A DNA stretch of 63,902 nucleotides, filler included. It is 7 parts of 7 records of this genome, joined end to end, with 100 filler letters (N's around TTAATTAATTAA, not from the genome) between each part and the next. Parts side by side here need not be neighbours in the genome. Positions count along the whole stretch, not along the records: positions 36,258 to 49,083 come from SRR20825010_1162; positions 49,184 to 55,389 come from SRR20825010_1178; positions 55,490 to 59,722 come from SRR20825010_1180; 4 more parts are not named here. One strand, given 5' to 3'. Under the pieces are notes generated by a model that was not told the origin of the DNA, did no database searches, and saw only the letters and a list, made by a program, of their open reading frames with translations. Position 1 is the stretch's first letter. Each line of letters starts with the position of its first letter. Of this stretch, positions 46,257 to 56,216 are shown piece after piece. The translations under genes were made by a program, and so were the position numbers.

Positions 46257-47636
46257 TTATTTCAGGCCGAGGCCCTGTTCTTCGTCTTCGTAATCATCCG
46301 CGGCCTGATTGAGATTTTTCATCGCGGGATGGAAAAGCGCAAAGGCCAGAATAATGGCGACAAGGAAGGCACCCACCACGAAGGGGGCCTGATGCATCTC
46401 GTCATAGATATTGAAGCCAATAAACGAATTGAGAAAAATAAAGGGTGTGAGGATCATGCCTGTGGCAGCCGTGCCCGACATGAAACCCGCCATCGCGCCC
46501 TGATCATTGCGTGACACAGATAGCGACGCACCCGCAACCAAGCCCGGACGCAACAAGCCAAAGCCGAAGCCCGCGAGCGTCAGCCCCGTGACCAGCACAC
46601 CATATGAACCGCCAATGATGAGCAGCACATAAGAGGCTATGGCCGTGACCGAGCCCCAGCGAAGCAAAAACTGGACCGAGAGATCGAAGCGCTGGATCAA
46701 ACCAATCTGCGCAAACAGGGTCGCCATGGCCATGGCCATGAGGCCGACGGAAATCATTTCCGTGGCTTCGTCACCCTGCAATTTCAGCGTATCCATGAAA
46801 TAGAAGGCGCAGAGCTGCATGATAATGGTCTGGGCGAAGCTGACGATCACGGAGATCACCACCCATGGCAGCGCAACACGATCACTCCATTTGAGCGAGG
46901 CGCGACGACTCTCCTGCTTGGCTGACACACGCTGCGAGGGACGCGTGCGCTCCGGCAGATAGATCCAGATCAAAATGGCGCTGATGAAACCAACGACGGC
47001 CACGGCAAAAAACGGCGCAACCAGATGAATTTGCGCAAAGCCCGCCGCAAAGCCCGGCCCGATTGCCGTGCCGATACCGAAAGCGGCACCGAGGGATGCC
47101 ACGCCTGCGGCACGCTCGCCACGCGAAGTACGGTCGGCCACATAGGCTTGCGCTGCTGAACCATTGCCCGACCCGATGCCACCAAAAATGGCGCGAGCGA
47201 ACATGAGCAACGGAAAGGCAATCACCATCGACAACCACCCCCAAAGCGCGACCAGCAACAGACTGGCAAAAAGCGTCGTGGAAATGGAGAAAGCCATAAG
47301 GCCCAAAAGCATAATCGGCTTGCGGCCGACAATATCCGAACGCCGACCCCAGAAAGGCGAGGTCACAATCCACAAGAACGCCGAAAGCGAATAGATCATC
47401 GTCGTTTCGAACTCGGACATGCCGAGGCGACGCGCGATGGGCGGCAGCACCGCATAGACCAGCGTTTGGCCCATGCCGCCTGCAAGCTGGCAAAGAAAGA
47501 GTATCTTGAAGGCGCGGCTGCGCTCCGCTGCGGTCGTGACCGTCTCGCTGAGCGGTGCTGTTTCAGGCTCAGGATCGAAGGCTGTGCCGGAACCGATCTG
47601 GTTCGCACTGATCTGGTCGTCTTGATTTTCGGGCAT
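46257..47636 (-). CDS. MFS transporter (TetA/DHA1-like)
   Basis: WGRRSDIVGRK motif A, AYVADRT and GTAIGPG; about 12 TM. Confidence 0.92.
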   Translation of the reverse strand: MPENQDDQISANQIGSGTAFDPEPETAPLSETVTTAAERSRAFKILFLCQLAGGMGQTLVYAVLPPIARRLGMSEFETTMIYSLSAFLWIVTSPFWGRRSDIVGRKPIMLLGLMAFSISTTLFASLLLVALWGWLSMVIAFPLLMFARAIFGGIGSGNGSAAQAYVADRTSRGERAAGVASLGAAFGIGTAIGPGFAAGFAQIHLVAPFFAVAVVGFISAILIWIYLPERTRPSQRVSAKQESRRASLKWSDRVALPWVVISVIVSFAQTIIMQLCAFYFMDTLKLQGDEATEMISVGLMAMAMATLFAQIGLIQRFDLSVQFLLRWGSVTAIASYVLLIIGGSYGVLVTGLTLAGFGFGLLRPGLVAGASLSVSRNDQGAMAGFMSGTAATGMILTPFIFLNSFIGFNIYDEMHQAPFVVGAFLVAIILAFALFHPAMKNLNQAADDYEDEEQGLGLK

Positions 47637-47722
47637 GGGCGGGGCCTTTTCCGGCCTTATTTTCAGGATTCGTGCCCCAGATGTACGGGAAACCAAGCAA
47701 TACGCCAATGGCTCACTTCGCG

Positions 47723-47746
47723 TGACGTTACGTTTTTCTTACGTCA
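47723..47746. promoter_or_regulatory. Palindromic operator between divergent MFS and acyl-CoA dehydrogenase genes
   Basis: TGACGT-N12-ACGTCA, followed by a sigma70-like TTGACT-N16-TAGTCT at 47758-47785. Confidence 0.5.
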
Positions 47747-47815
47747 AGCGCCGCATTTTGACTTCTTCCGACCCGCGCCTAGTCTTGAACCCAAAGAAAT
47801 TCGGGAGGAGACCAA

Positions 47816-49051
47816 ATGGACCTGTCACTCAGTACAAAAGATATGGCCTTTCGCGACGAAGTGCGCCGCTTTCTCGACGAGAAACTGACGCCTGAATTGC
47901 GCGCAACGGGCGAGCTGATGACCAGCGTCTATGCCGATTACGACACGACCATGAGCTGGCACAAGGCGCTTTATGAAAAAGGCTGGGTGGCCCCTGCATG
48001 GCCCAAGGAATATGGCGGCTGCGACTGGTCTGTGGCGCAGCACTATATCTTCTCCAGCGAACTTTCAGCCGCCGGCGCCCCGTCGCTCTCGCCCATGGGG
48101 CTTGGCATGTGCGGGCCGGTACTGATCGGCTATGGCACGCCCGAACAGAAAGCGCATTACTTGCCACGCATGCTGGACGGCACCGACTTCTGGTGTCAGG
48201 GCTATTCGGAGCCGGGATCAGGCTCGGACCTCGCCTCCTTGCAGATGAGTGCGGTGGATATGGGCGATCATTTCCTCTGCAACGGCCAGAAGATCTGGAC
48301 AACACATGCCAATTACGCGAACTGGATTTTCAATCTGGTGCGCACATCCAAAGAAGACATTCCCCAACGCGGCATCACTTTCCTGCTGATCGACATGAAG
48401 ACGCCCGGCGTGAAAGTGGAACCGCTGGTCATGCTGTCGGGCGAGCATATTCAAAATCAGGTCTTCTTCACCGATGTGAAAGTGCCCAAAGCCAATGTGG
48501 TGGGCAAAGTGGGTGAAGGCTGGACAGTGGCCAAATATCTCATGCAATTCGAGCGCGGCGGCCACGCCTATGCGCCCGGCCTGACAACACGGCTCAACCG
48601 CATCCGTGCCATGGCCGCCCACGAGCTGGCGGGCGACGGACACCGCCTGATCGATGATCCTGAATTTGCAGCCAAGATTGCCGCCGCCAATGTGGAAATC
48701 TCGGCATTGGAATTCACAGAGCACCGCATCATGTCGGCGCTGAGCCATGGCGAGGCACCGGGCGCGGAAAGCTCGCTGCTGAAAACACGCGGCACGGAAA
48801 TCTCGCAACGCCTGACCGAAATCGCCATCGAGGCGGCGGGCGCTTACGCAACACCCTATCAGCCGCATGCGACACGGCCCGGTGGCCCTGTGCCCGACGC
48901 GCCGAAAGTGGGCGCCAATGAAACACCGGTAGGACCGAAGCACAGCCTGCCGGTGCTGGCGAAATATCTCAATGACCGCGCAGGCTCGATCTATGCCGGC
49001 ACGAATGAAGTGCAGCGGAACATCATGGCAAAGGCTGTGCTGGGGCTTTGA
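47816..49051 (+). CDS. Acyl-CoA dehydrogenase (PimC/FadE-like)
   Basis: WCQGYSEPGSGSDLASL, NGQKIWTT and SIYAGTNEVQRNI motifs. Confidence 0.95.
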   Translation: MDLSLSTKDMAFRDEVRRFLDEKLTPELRATGELMTSVYADYDTTMSWHKALYEKGWVAPAWPKEYGGCDWSVAQHYIFSSELSAAGAPSLSPMGLGMCGPVLIGYGTPEQKAHYLPRMLDGTDFWCQGYSEPGSGSDLASLQMSAVDMGDHFLCNGQKIWTTHANYANWIFNLVRTSKEDIPQRGITFLLIDMKTPGVKVEPLVMLSGEHIQNQVFFTDVKVPKANVVGKVGEGWTVAKYLMQFERGGHAYAPGLTTRLNRIRAMAAHELAGDGHRLIDDPEFAAKIAAANVEISALEFTEHRIMSALSHGEAPGAESSLLKTRGTEISQRLTEIAIEAAGAYATPYQPHATRPGGPVPDAPKVGANETPVGPKHSLPVLAKYLNDRAGSIYAGTNEVQRNIMAKAVLGL

Positions 49052-49083
49052 GATAGCTTCAAAATATATCTCGTCATGGCCGG

Positions 49084-49183
49084 NNNNNNNNNNNNNNNNN
49101 NNNNNNNNNNNNNNNNNNNNNNNNNNNTTAATTAATTAANNNNNNNNNNNNNNNNNNNNNNNNNNNNNNNNNNNNNNNNNNNN
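49084..49183. other. Artificial contig spacer
   Basis: N44-TTAATTAATTAA-N44. Confidence 0.99.
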
Positions 49184-49687
49184 CTGCTCGGTCTGGTGCG
49201 GCTCGAACAGGTATAGCTGCGGCGCGCCGAGCACCTTTTCGCCCGGATTGTGGCCCCACGCCTGCGCGATCATCCGCGCTTCGAGGGCAATGCTGGTCGT
49301 GTACATATGGTCGGTATTGTATTGGTCATATTGCGAGTGGGACATCATGAAGCTGGGTTGCACCTCGCGGATTATGTCCACCAGTTTGTACTTGTCGTCG
49401 CGCTCCAGAATCAGCGGGTAATCGCCAAGATCCATGAACCGGATATCGTGCACGCCGAGGGCGGTGGCGGCATTCTCCGCCTCGGTCCGGCGCGCGGCCT
49501 TGACCTTTTCCAGCGTCATGCCGCTCTCTTTCCAGAGCTTGGCGGACTCGCCGCGCTCGCCATAGGACAGGCAGACGACGGTGACGTCGTAACCGAGGGT
49601 CTGATGCTTCGCGATTGCGCCGCCCGCGCGCCAGACAAAGTCAGCCGCATGGGCGCTGATGACCAGCGCGGTCTTGTTTCCTGCCAT
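49184..49687 (-). CDS. galB: 4-oxalomesaconate hydratase, PIG-L family (3' truncated)
   Basis: LVISAHAADFVWRAGGAIA, LSYGERGES and D.YN.DH motifs. Confidence 0.88.
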
Positions 49688-49816
49688 TTGTCGCCTCTCA
49701 ACTGGGTAATTCCATCGAATATGCGGTGAGGGCTCTGATCATCCAATTTCAAAGGGCGCCAAGCTGTATAAGATTTATGCATACTGATTCTTGCATTGTG
49801 GAAGGCCGCCCGTCCC

Positions 49817-51055
49817 ATGGATGTCAATCGCATCAACTTTCGCCACTTGAGGGCATTTTGCGAAGTTGCCGAACTCGGCAGCATCAGTGGCGCCGCGCAC
49901 CGGGTTCACCTCTCGCAACCCGCTGTGACGCAAGCGATTGCCAAGCTGGAGGGGCAGGTCGGCGTGGCTTTGTTCGAGCGGACGACGGAGGGGCTACTGC
50001 TGACTGAACCGGGCGCGTTGTTCCGTCAGCGGGCCGAACGGGCCATCCAGCATATTGAAGAAGGGACACGGCCCGCCGTTCGGCGGGGTCAGAAACAGAG
50101 CGGTGGGCAGTCGGGAGGATTTGAGCGCCGGATCACCGCCGCCCAGTTGCGGGCGCTGCTGGCGGTGGCGAAGACCGGCAGCTTTTCACGGGCGGCCCGT
50201 CTGATCGGCATGTCCCAGTCGGCGCTTTACCGCATGGCCCGCAGCCTTGAGAAGGATGCCGGGATCGAGTTGTTCGAGGTGGTCTCGCGCGGGGTTGTGC
50301 TGACCCGGGCGGCGGATCGGCTGGCGCGGCACGCGGCGCTTGCCTTCGAAGAGCTGGAGCAGGCTCTGGAGGATATCGCGGCATGGAGCGGTCGGGACAC
50401 GGCGCGGGTCCGGATCGGCACCCTGCCGCTCGCCCGGACCTATCTGCTGCCGCACGCCATCAACGCCTTCCTCGATGAGCGCCCGGATGCCTATCTGAGC
50501 GTCGTGGACGGCCCCTACGACACTCTTGTCGATGCCCTGCGCTATGGCGAGATCGATATGCTGATTGGTGCCCTGAGGGCGCCGGAAGCTGTTGTGGATA
50601 TCGAGCAGCAGGCTCTCTTCGAGGACCGGTTGGCTTTGGTGGCCCGCCCGGACCATCCGTTGGCCGCGCGCGCGGACATCACGCTGGAGGATCTGTCGGA
50701 TTTCAGCTGGATCGTACCGCGCCATGGGGCGCCGACCCGGAGTAATTTCGAAGGAATGTTCGAGAAATACCCGGAGCTTCGTCCGACCCATGTCGTCGAG
50801 GCCAGCTCCCTGATCCTGATCCGGGGCATCCTGACGGAGAGTGACGCGGTGGCGCTGATTTCCGCGCACCAGATCCGGCACGAAGAATCGCTCAACATTC
50901 TGGCCAGGCTGAATTTCCGCGTGCCGTCCGCGCCACGGCAGATCGGCCTGTCCCTGCGCCGCAACTGGCGGCCGACCCTGTCACAGCAGCGGATGATCGA
51001 TCTGCTGTTCAAGGCCGGCGCCGAGGTCGCGGCGCATTATCCCGATCCGCACTGA
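49817..51055 (+). CDS. LysR regulator with two tandem HTH domains (GalR-like)
   Basis: HTH1 (GSISGAAHRVHLSQPAVT), HTH2 (GSFSRAARLIGMSQSAL) and a LysR substrate domain; divergent from galB. Confidence 0.9.
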   Translation: MDVNRINFRHLRAFCEVAELGSISGAAHRVHLSQPAVTQAIAKLEGQVGVALFERTTEGLLLTEPGALFRQRAERAIQHIEEGTRPAVRRGQKQSGGQSGGFERRITAAQLRALLAVAKTGSFSRAARLIGMSQSALYRMARSLEKDAGIELFEVVSRGVVLTRAADRLARHAALAFEELEQALEDIAAWSGRDTARVRIGTLPLARTYLLPHAINAFLDERPDAYLSVVDGPYDTLVDALRYGEIDMLIGALRAPEAVVDIEQQALFEDRLALVARPDHPLAARADITLEDLSDFSWIVPRHGAPTRSNFEGMFEKYPELRPTHVVEASSLILIRGILTESDAVALISAHQIRHEESLNILARLNFRVPSAPRQIGLSLRRNWRPTLSQQRMIDLLFKAGAEVAAHYPDPH

Positions 51056-51064
51056 TCGGCCGGT

Positions 51065-51949
51065 TTATCCCGCGAGGTTGGCGGAGAAGAATGCCGTCGT
51101 CCGTTCCCAGGCGAGTTTCGCGGCGGCCTCGTCGTAACGGGGCGTCGAATTGTTGTGAAAGCCGTGGTTGGTGCCGGGATAGACGTGGATCTCATGGCTC
51201 ACGCCGTTTGCCTTGAGGGCGGCTTCGAAGCTGTCGATGCCGGCATTCACGCGAGGATCTTGCTCTGCATAATGCGCCAGGAGCGGCGCCTTGATCCGGG
51301 CCACATCCGCATCCGCCGGCTGGCGCCCATAGAACGGAACGCCGGCATTGAGATCGGCCCCCATTTCGACGGCAAGGTAGCCCACCACGCCGCCGCCGAA
51401 GCAGAACCCGGTGGCGCCGAGCTTGCCGTTCGAAAGGGGATGGGACTTCAGGAATTTCGCGCCGTTCAGCATATCGACATGGATCTTGCCCCGGTCGAGG
51501 CCGGCCTGCAGGACCTTGCCGTCATCGTCGTTGCCCGGATATCCCCCCGCAGGCCAGAGCCCGTCTGGCGCGAAGGCCAGGAACCCGGCCACGGCGGCCC
51601 GGCGGGCAACATCCTCGATATACGGATTGAGACCCCGGTTCTCGTGGACCACCAGGACGGCGGGAAACGGGCCTTCGCCCGCAGGCTGCACCAGATAGCC
51701 GCGCATCTCGCCACTATTGCCGCCGGGTGACTCGTAGGTCTCGTAGGTCGCCTTGATCCTGGGGTCGGTGAAGGAAATGGTCTGCGCGGCCGCATAGTTC
51801 GGCAGCAGGGCCTCGGCCATGGCAAGGCCTGTACCGCCGACCACGGCAATGGTGGATGCGCGCTTCAGGAATTCCCGGCGCTTCATGCTGCTGTGACAAT
51901 ACTGGTCGTAAAGCGCGTAGATACGCGGATCGATCTTCGACGTGTCCAT
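51065..51949 (-). CDS. Dienelactone hydrolase family protein (YghX-like)
   Basis: YDQYCH...RREFL, VHENRGLNP, GFCFGG and HGFHN motifs. Confidence 0.9.
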   Translation of the reverse strand: MDTSKIDPRIYALYDQYCHSSMKRREFLKRASTIAVVGGTGLAMAEALLPNYAAAQTISFTDPRIKATYETYESPGGNSGEMRGYLVQPAGEGPFPAVLVVHENRGLNPYIEDVARRAAVAGFLAFAPDGLWPAGGYPGNDDDGKVLQAGLDRGKIHVDMLNGAKFLKSHPLSNGKLGATGFCFGGGVVGYLAVEMGADLNAGVPFYGRQPADADVARIKAPLLAHYAEQDPRVNAGIDSFEAALKANGVSHEIHVYPGTNHGFHNNSTPRYDEAAAKLAWERTTAFFSANLAG

Positions 51950-52126
51950 CTCGTCCTCCCTGGGTGATTCCACAATCCTCACCCGGACAGGATAGCCGGT
52001 GTATGTGAAAAAAGTTCAAGCCCATCCGGTGCTCCGGCTTGCCGGAAGAGATCAAAGGCGCGTTACTTGAGCGCCGCGCCGGAAGGCTCGCAAGAAGACA
52101 GAAAGATGAGAGGGAGGCGCAACGCC

Positions 52127-52564
52127 ATGACACACAGGATCCACATCCTGAACGGCCCGAACCTGAACAAGCTCGGCAAGCGTGAGCCGGAGATCTACGG
52201 TCATACGACGCTTGGTGAAGTCGAGGGCTGGTGCCGGGAAGCGGCGCGCGGCCCGCTGGAATTCCGGCAGAGCAATCAGGAAGGCGTGCTGGTGGACATG
52301 ATCCACGAAGCCGAGGAGCAGGCTGATGGGCTGATCTTCAACCCGGCGGGCTATAGCTTCACCTCGGTTGCGCTTTTCGATGCCCTGAAGATCTTCGAGG
52401 GACCGAAGATTGAGCTGCATATTTCCAACATCCATGCCCGCGACGCACTGCACAGCCACTCCGTGCTGTCGCCCGCGATGACGGCCGTGATTTGCGGTCT
52501 TGGCCCGCGCGGTTATCTGACGGCAATGCAGGCGATGTACGAGATGCTGGATGCGCGGGGCTGA
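52127..52564 (+). CDS. aroQ: Type II 3-dehydroquinate dehydratase-like protein (variant)
   Basis: LNGPNLNKLGKREPEIYG, QSN.EG, NPAG and ELHISN motifs. Confidence 0.9.
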   Translation: MTHRIHILNGPNLNKLGKREPEIYGHTTLGEVEGWCREAARGPLEFRQSNQEGVLVDMIHEAEEQADGLIFNPAGYSFTSVALFDALKIFEGPKIELHISNIHARDALHSHSVLSPAMTAVICGLGPRGYLTAMQAMYEMLDARG

Positions 52565-52576
52565 GCCCGCACCGGA

Positions 52577-54151
52577 TCAGCAGGCTTTCTTAATCGGCGG
52601 GTTGTCGTTGATGACGGATCGCATATAGCCCACGCGGGTGGAGGGCAGCCAGACAGAGACCGTCGTGCCGACACCGACTTCGCTTTCCAGGGTGAGCGAG
52701 CCGCCATGCAGTTCGATCATCATCTGGGCCAGCGGCAGACCAAGGCCGGTGCCGCTCTGGGATGCCGTAATCTCATTGTCCAGGCGCTCGAAAGCGGCCA
52801 TTGCCAGCGGGATCTGGTCCGGGGTCATGCCTTTTCCGGTATCCCGGATGTGAAACTCGATCCCGCCTTTGCGCGGATCGCCGTGGCGTGGGCGCAGCGT
52901 CACGGCGACATGAACGCTGCCGCCATTCGGGGTATATTTTACGGCATTCCCGAGCAGATTAAGCAGGACCTGCTTCACTTTCGTTGTGTCCACATTAAGC
53001 ACGAGTTCGGAATCGATCTCCGAATTATGCACTGTGATTGAGCGCTCTTTGGCAAGCGGACCCACCAGCCGTATGCATTCAGCCATCATCACATTGACGC
53101 TGACGATTTCTTCCTCAAGCGTATCCTGCCCAGCTTCGATCCGGGCGATGTCGAGCAATTCATTGATGATTTTCAGAAGATGGCGGCCGCTGTCCCGGAT
53201 ATCCCCGGAGAACTCCCGGTACCGGTCATTCTCCAGCTTGCCGAGAGTGCCCTGCACCATGATGTCGGAAAAGCCGATGATCGCATTAAGCGGGGTACGC
53301 AGCTCATGGCTCATGGCGCGCAGGAAACGGGTCTTGGAGTGGTTGGCGAATTCGGCGGATTTCTTGGCCAGTTCCAGTGCACGCGTACGGTCCGCGACAC
53401 GGTCTTCCAGCTGTCTGTTCAGGTCGCTGAGATCCGTTTCCGAACGGCGCAGTTCCTCGTTCGTGCTGACCAGGGCCTGCTCGCGCTGACGTTCGCGCTC
53501 GACCATTGCATTATAGGCTTGGACTACCTGTGCCATTTCGTCACTGCCTTGCCAGTCAGCGTTCTGAAGCTCACCGCTTTCGGAGGAGCTCCGGATGGCT
53601 CTAAGCAATCGCATCAGCGGCCGCTCCACGAGGAATGCGAATCCGGTCACAATGGCAACCATGGCCGCGAGAAATGCGACGGCTATGACGGAGAGGCCCA
53701 GCGTGTATTCGAATTGCCGTGCGGCACGCAGTTCGGAATCAGTGAAGAGGACACGCAGGCGCCATTTGGGCGCGACGGATATCGGGACCTCTATTTCATG
53801 CCCTTCCAGCCCTGGCGGACAGCCTTGGGACGATGGAATTGCCATAATGGGTTGATGGCCGGCTTCATGAACCTCGGCGCACAGAAAAGCCCGGTCCGCG
53901 GCTAACGGAGACATCAGGTCTCGTGCCAGAAGCGGGTTTCTGTAGGCATGGTGGCGGTCGAGTGCGAGCGCGGTGCGCGCGGTCAGGTTTCCCATACGGG
54001 TCGCCAGCATTTCCTCGTCCGCGAGCGAGGTTACCTGGAGCAACACCCAGATGCCGGGTACGATAAGCACGAGAAAAGCCGTGCCGACAATTGCCAGCAA
54101 TTTGACTTTAAGGCGTTTCCGCAGTGCCAGTTTGATGTTCATGTTTTTCAT
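52577..54151 (-). CDS. Sensor histidine kinase (2 TM, HAMP, HisKA, HATPase)
   Basis: MSHELRTPLNAIIGF, NLLGNAVKYT, DTGKG and GTGLGL motifs. Confidence 0.94.
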   Translation of the reverse strand: MKNMNIKLALRKRLKVKLLAIVGTAFLVLIVPGIWVLLQVTSLADEEMLATRMGNLTARTALALDRHHAYRNPLLARDLMSPLAADRAFLCAEVHEAGHQPIMAIPSSQGCPPGLEGHEIEVPISVAPKWRLRVLFTDSELRAARQFEYTLGLSVIAVAFLAAMVAIVTGFAFLVERPLMRLLRAIRSSSESGELQNADWQGSDEMAQVVQAYNAMVERERQREQALVSTNEELRRSETDLSDLNRQLEDRVADRTRALELAKKSAEFANHSKTRFLRAMSHELRTPLNAIIGFSDIMVQGTLGKLENDRYREFSGDIRDSGRHLLKIINELLDIARIEAGQDTLEEEIVSVNVMMAECIRLVGPLAKERSITVHNSEIDSELVLNVDTTKVKQVLLNLLGNAVKYTPNGGSVHVAVTLRPRHGDPRKGGIEFHIRDTGKGMTPDQIPLAMAAFERLDNEITASQSGTGLGLPLAQMMIELHGGSLTLESEVGVGTTVSVWLPSTRVGYMRSVINDNPPIKKAC

Positions 54152-54173
54152 CCGGGCGTGTGGCCTCGCGCTG

Positions 54174-54578
54174 TTAGCGCAGCCTCGAGACCTTTCCCTC
54201 TGACATCAGGCGCTTCAACAATGTCCGCTCGGCAATGGAGGTGTGGAAAACCACATACTCGCTGTCCCGGAGCGCAATGTAATAGTCGACGGGAACGGCC
54301 TTGCCGCTGTCGTCCCGGAAGTCGAAGCAGAGTACGTAATGCTCGTCCATGGTCAGGATCATGGGATGCGCCGTGACAGGGTGCAGGCGCTGTACCTCGT
54401 CTGTTTCCTGATTCAGATAGAGCAGAGCGCCATCAATGAGCTTGTCGTCCACATGCCGCTGCATGAAGGCCTGAATGGCCGCTTTTTCCGACAATGTCAG
54501 GGCGACAGCCTGAGCCGGACTAAAAAATGGCAACGCCAGCAATACGAGGCTGAAGAGACGTGCGTGAAGCTTGATCAT
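54174..54578 (-). CDS. Hypothetical exported protein
   Basis: Sec signal (MIKLHARLFSLVLLALPFFSPAQA); 22 nt upstream of the kinase gene on the same strand. Confidence 0.7.
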   Translation of the reverse strand: MIKLHARLFSLVLLALPFFSPAQAVALTLSEKAAIQAFMQRHVDDKLIDGALLYLNQETDEVQRLHPVTAHPMILTMDEHYVLCFDFRDDSGKAVPVDYYIALRDSEYVVFHTSIAERTLLKRLMSEGKVSRLR

Positions 54579-54808
54579 TCGATTTCCCGGGCTCTCTCAC
54601 TCTGCAAGAAGTGCGCTTTTGTACTCTTTGAAATTAAAGAAGCCGTTAATGGGGGCGAGGCAATCTGCATGGGAGGTATGCTTTTTAGCCGACACACATA
54701 GTCAGGGTTGATTTTTGCCCGTGTGGCTGGCGTTGAAGCATTTGACAGTCTTGGGGATCCGGATAGTCTCCCGGGCAGATTTTCCCGTTCTTTATTTCCC
54801 GAGTTCCC

Positions 54809-55389
54809 ATGCTGACCTTTATTACGGCGATTTTCTTTCTGCTCATCACGCCGGGTATTGGTGTGCTGACAACTGCAGGCATCGGCGCGGGATACGGATT
54901 TGCGTCCGGGCTGCGGTTTCTGGTCGGGTTGTTTCTCGGCACCAACGCGGTTGCCATTCTCGTGGTCACCGGGATTGCCGCCGTGGTTCTGGCAAATCCC
55001 ATCCTTGGGCCGATTTTGCTCTACGGGTCGGTCGCCTATCTTTTGTATCTGGCTTTCCGGATCGGCTGGGCGGGTTCGAAGATCGCCTTCGTGGAACGCC
55101 AGAGCGCGCCGGGGATGATCGGCGGCTTCGGTCTGCAACTGATCAATCCGAAAGCCTATGCGGTGAACACGACCTTGTTTTCCGGATTCCATTTCATGGC
55201 GGAGAGCCAGAGCACGGAGATCGTGCTGAAATTCGTGATCATCAATGCAATCTGGATTCCCGTGCACCTGGTCTGGCTCTGGGCCGGTGTCTCACTGAAG
55301 AGACTGAACCTTTCGGACCGGACACAATCTTTCATCAATAAAGGCATGGCGCTGTCGATGCTGATCGTGGTCGTTCTGGCCGCGTGGCC
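54809..55389 (+). CDS. LysE/RhtB family translocator (3' truncated)
   Basis: LLITPG.G, YLLYLAFRI and LQLINPKAY motifs. Confidence 0.9.
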
Positions 55390-55489
55390 NNNNNNNNNNN
55401 NNNNNNNNNNNNNNNNNNNNNNNNNNNNNNNNNTTAATTAATTAANNNNNNNNNNNNNNNNNNNNNNNNNNNNNNNNNNNNNNNNNNNN
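55390..55489. other. Artificial contig spacer
   Basis: N44-TTAATTAATTAA-N44. Confidence 0.99.
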
Positions 55490-55938
55490 GGCTGACCGGG
55501 CTGCGGCGACGGAGGTACCGGTGCGGAGGGGGTGGGCAGCGGCCCTGCCGAGTCGATCTGAACCGGCATGCCACTGTCGAGCACCTGAAACAGCGCCGCC
55601 TGCACGCCGTCGGGTGTGCCGATGCGGCGAAAGATCATGTATTCATCCGGCAATGAAGCAAGTTCTTGAGGTCGGTCGATCCGCGCTCTTAGTGCCGCCA
55701 GTTCGGCGGTATCCATCAAAAACGGCGACTCCGCATCCTCAACCAAAATCCGCAGGCTGCAGCGCGCGGCGACAACGTCGCCAGCCGGGACGAGCCGAAC
55801 AAGGATGGGCGCATAATCTGTGCCGCGATCCGGGCGCGCCGGGGGCAGCATGTCTCTGCGCAGTTCGATCAGGCGCGACCAGTCAACATAGGCATCGCGG
55901 AAGGCATGTTCCCGCGGCTTGGTCCAGACAAGTGACAT
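55490..55938 (-). CDS. Hypothetical protein, N-terminal domain plus Pro-rich linker (3' truncated)
   Basis: AGGGG RBS; MSLVWTKPREHAFRDAYVDW... ending in PLPTPSAPVPPSPQP at the contig edge. Confidence 0.65.
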
Positions 55939-56216
55939 GATGATCCCCCTGTTTCGGCCCTGATGGGGCACGAAAAACCTTACGGATCCAGAAAAGGGAA
56001 TTTGCGGGAGGGGGTCAAGAAATCCTGACTATGGCAATGGGTCGTTTGCGTAGAATTCACGACTCTCCTTCGCGGAAATCGTGACCGAACCGCGTCATTT
56101 CATCCTTTGTTCACGGCAGATTTGCGTTGGATTTGCGTAGCGTTCACGGAGCAGGTGCAGTGTCCGGGTAACGTACCGTCAACTATGGCGGGGAACTTGG
56201 GTTTGGGGGAACGACC

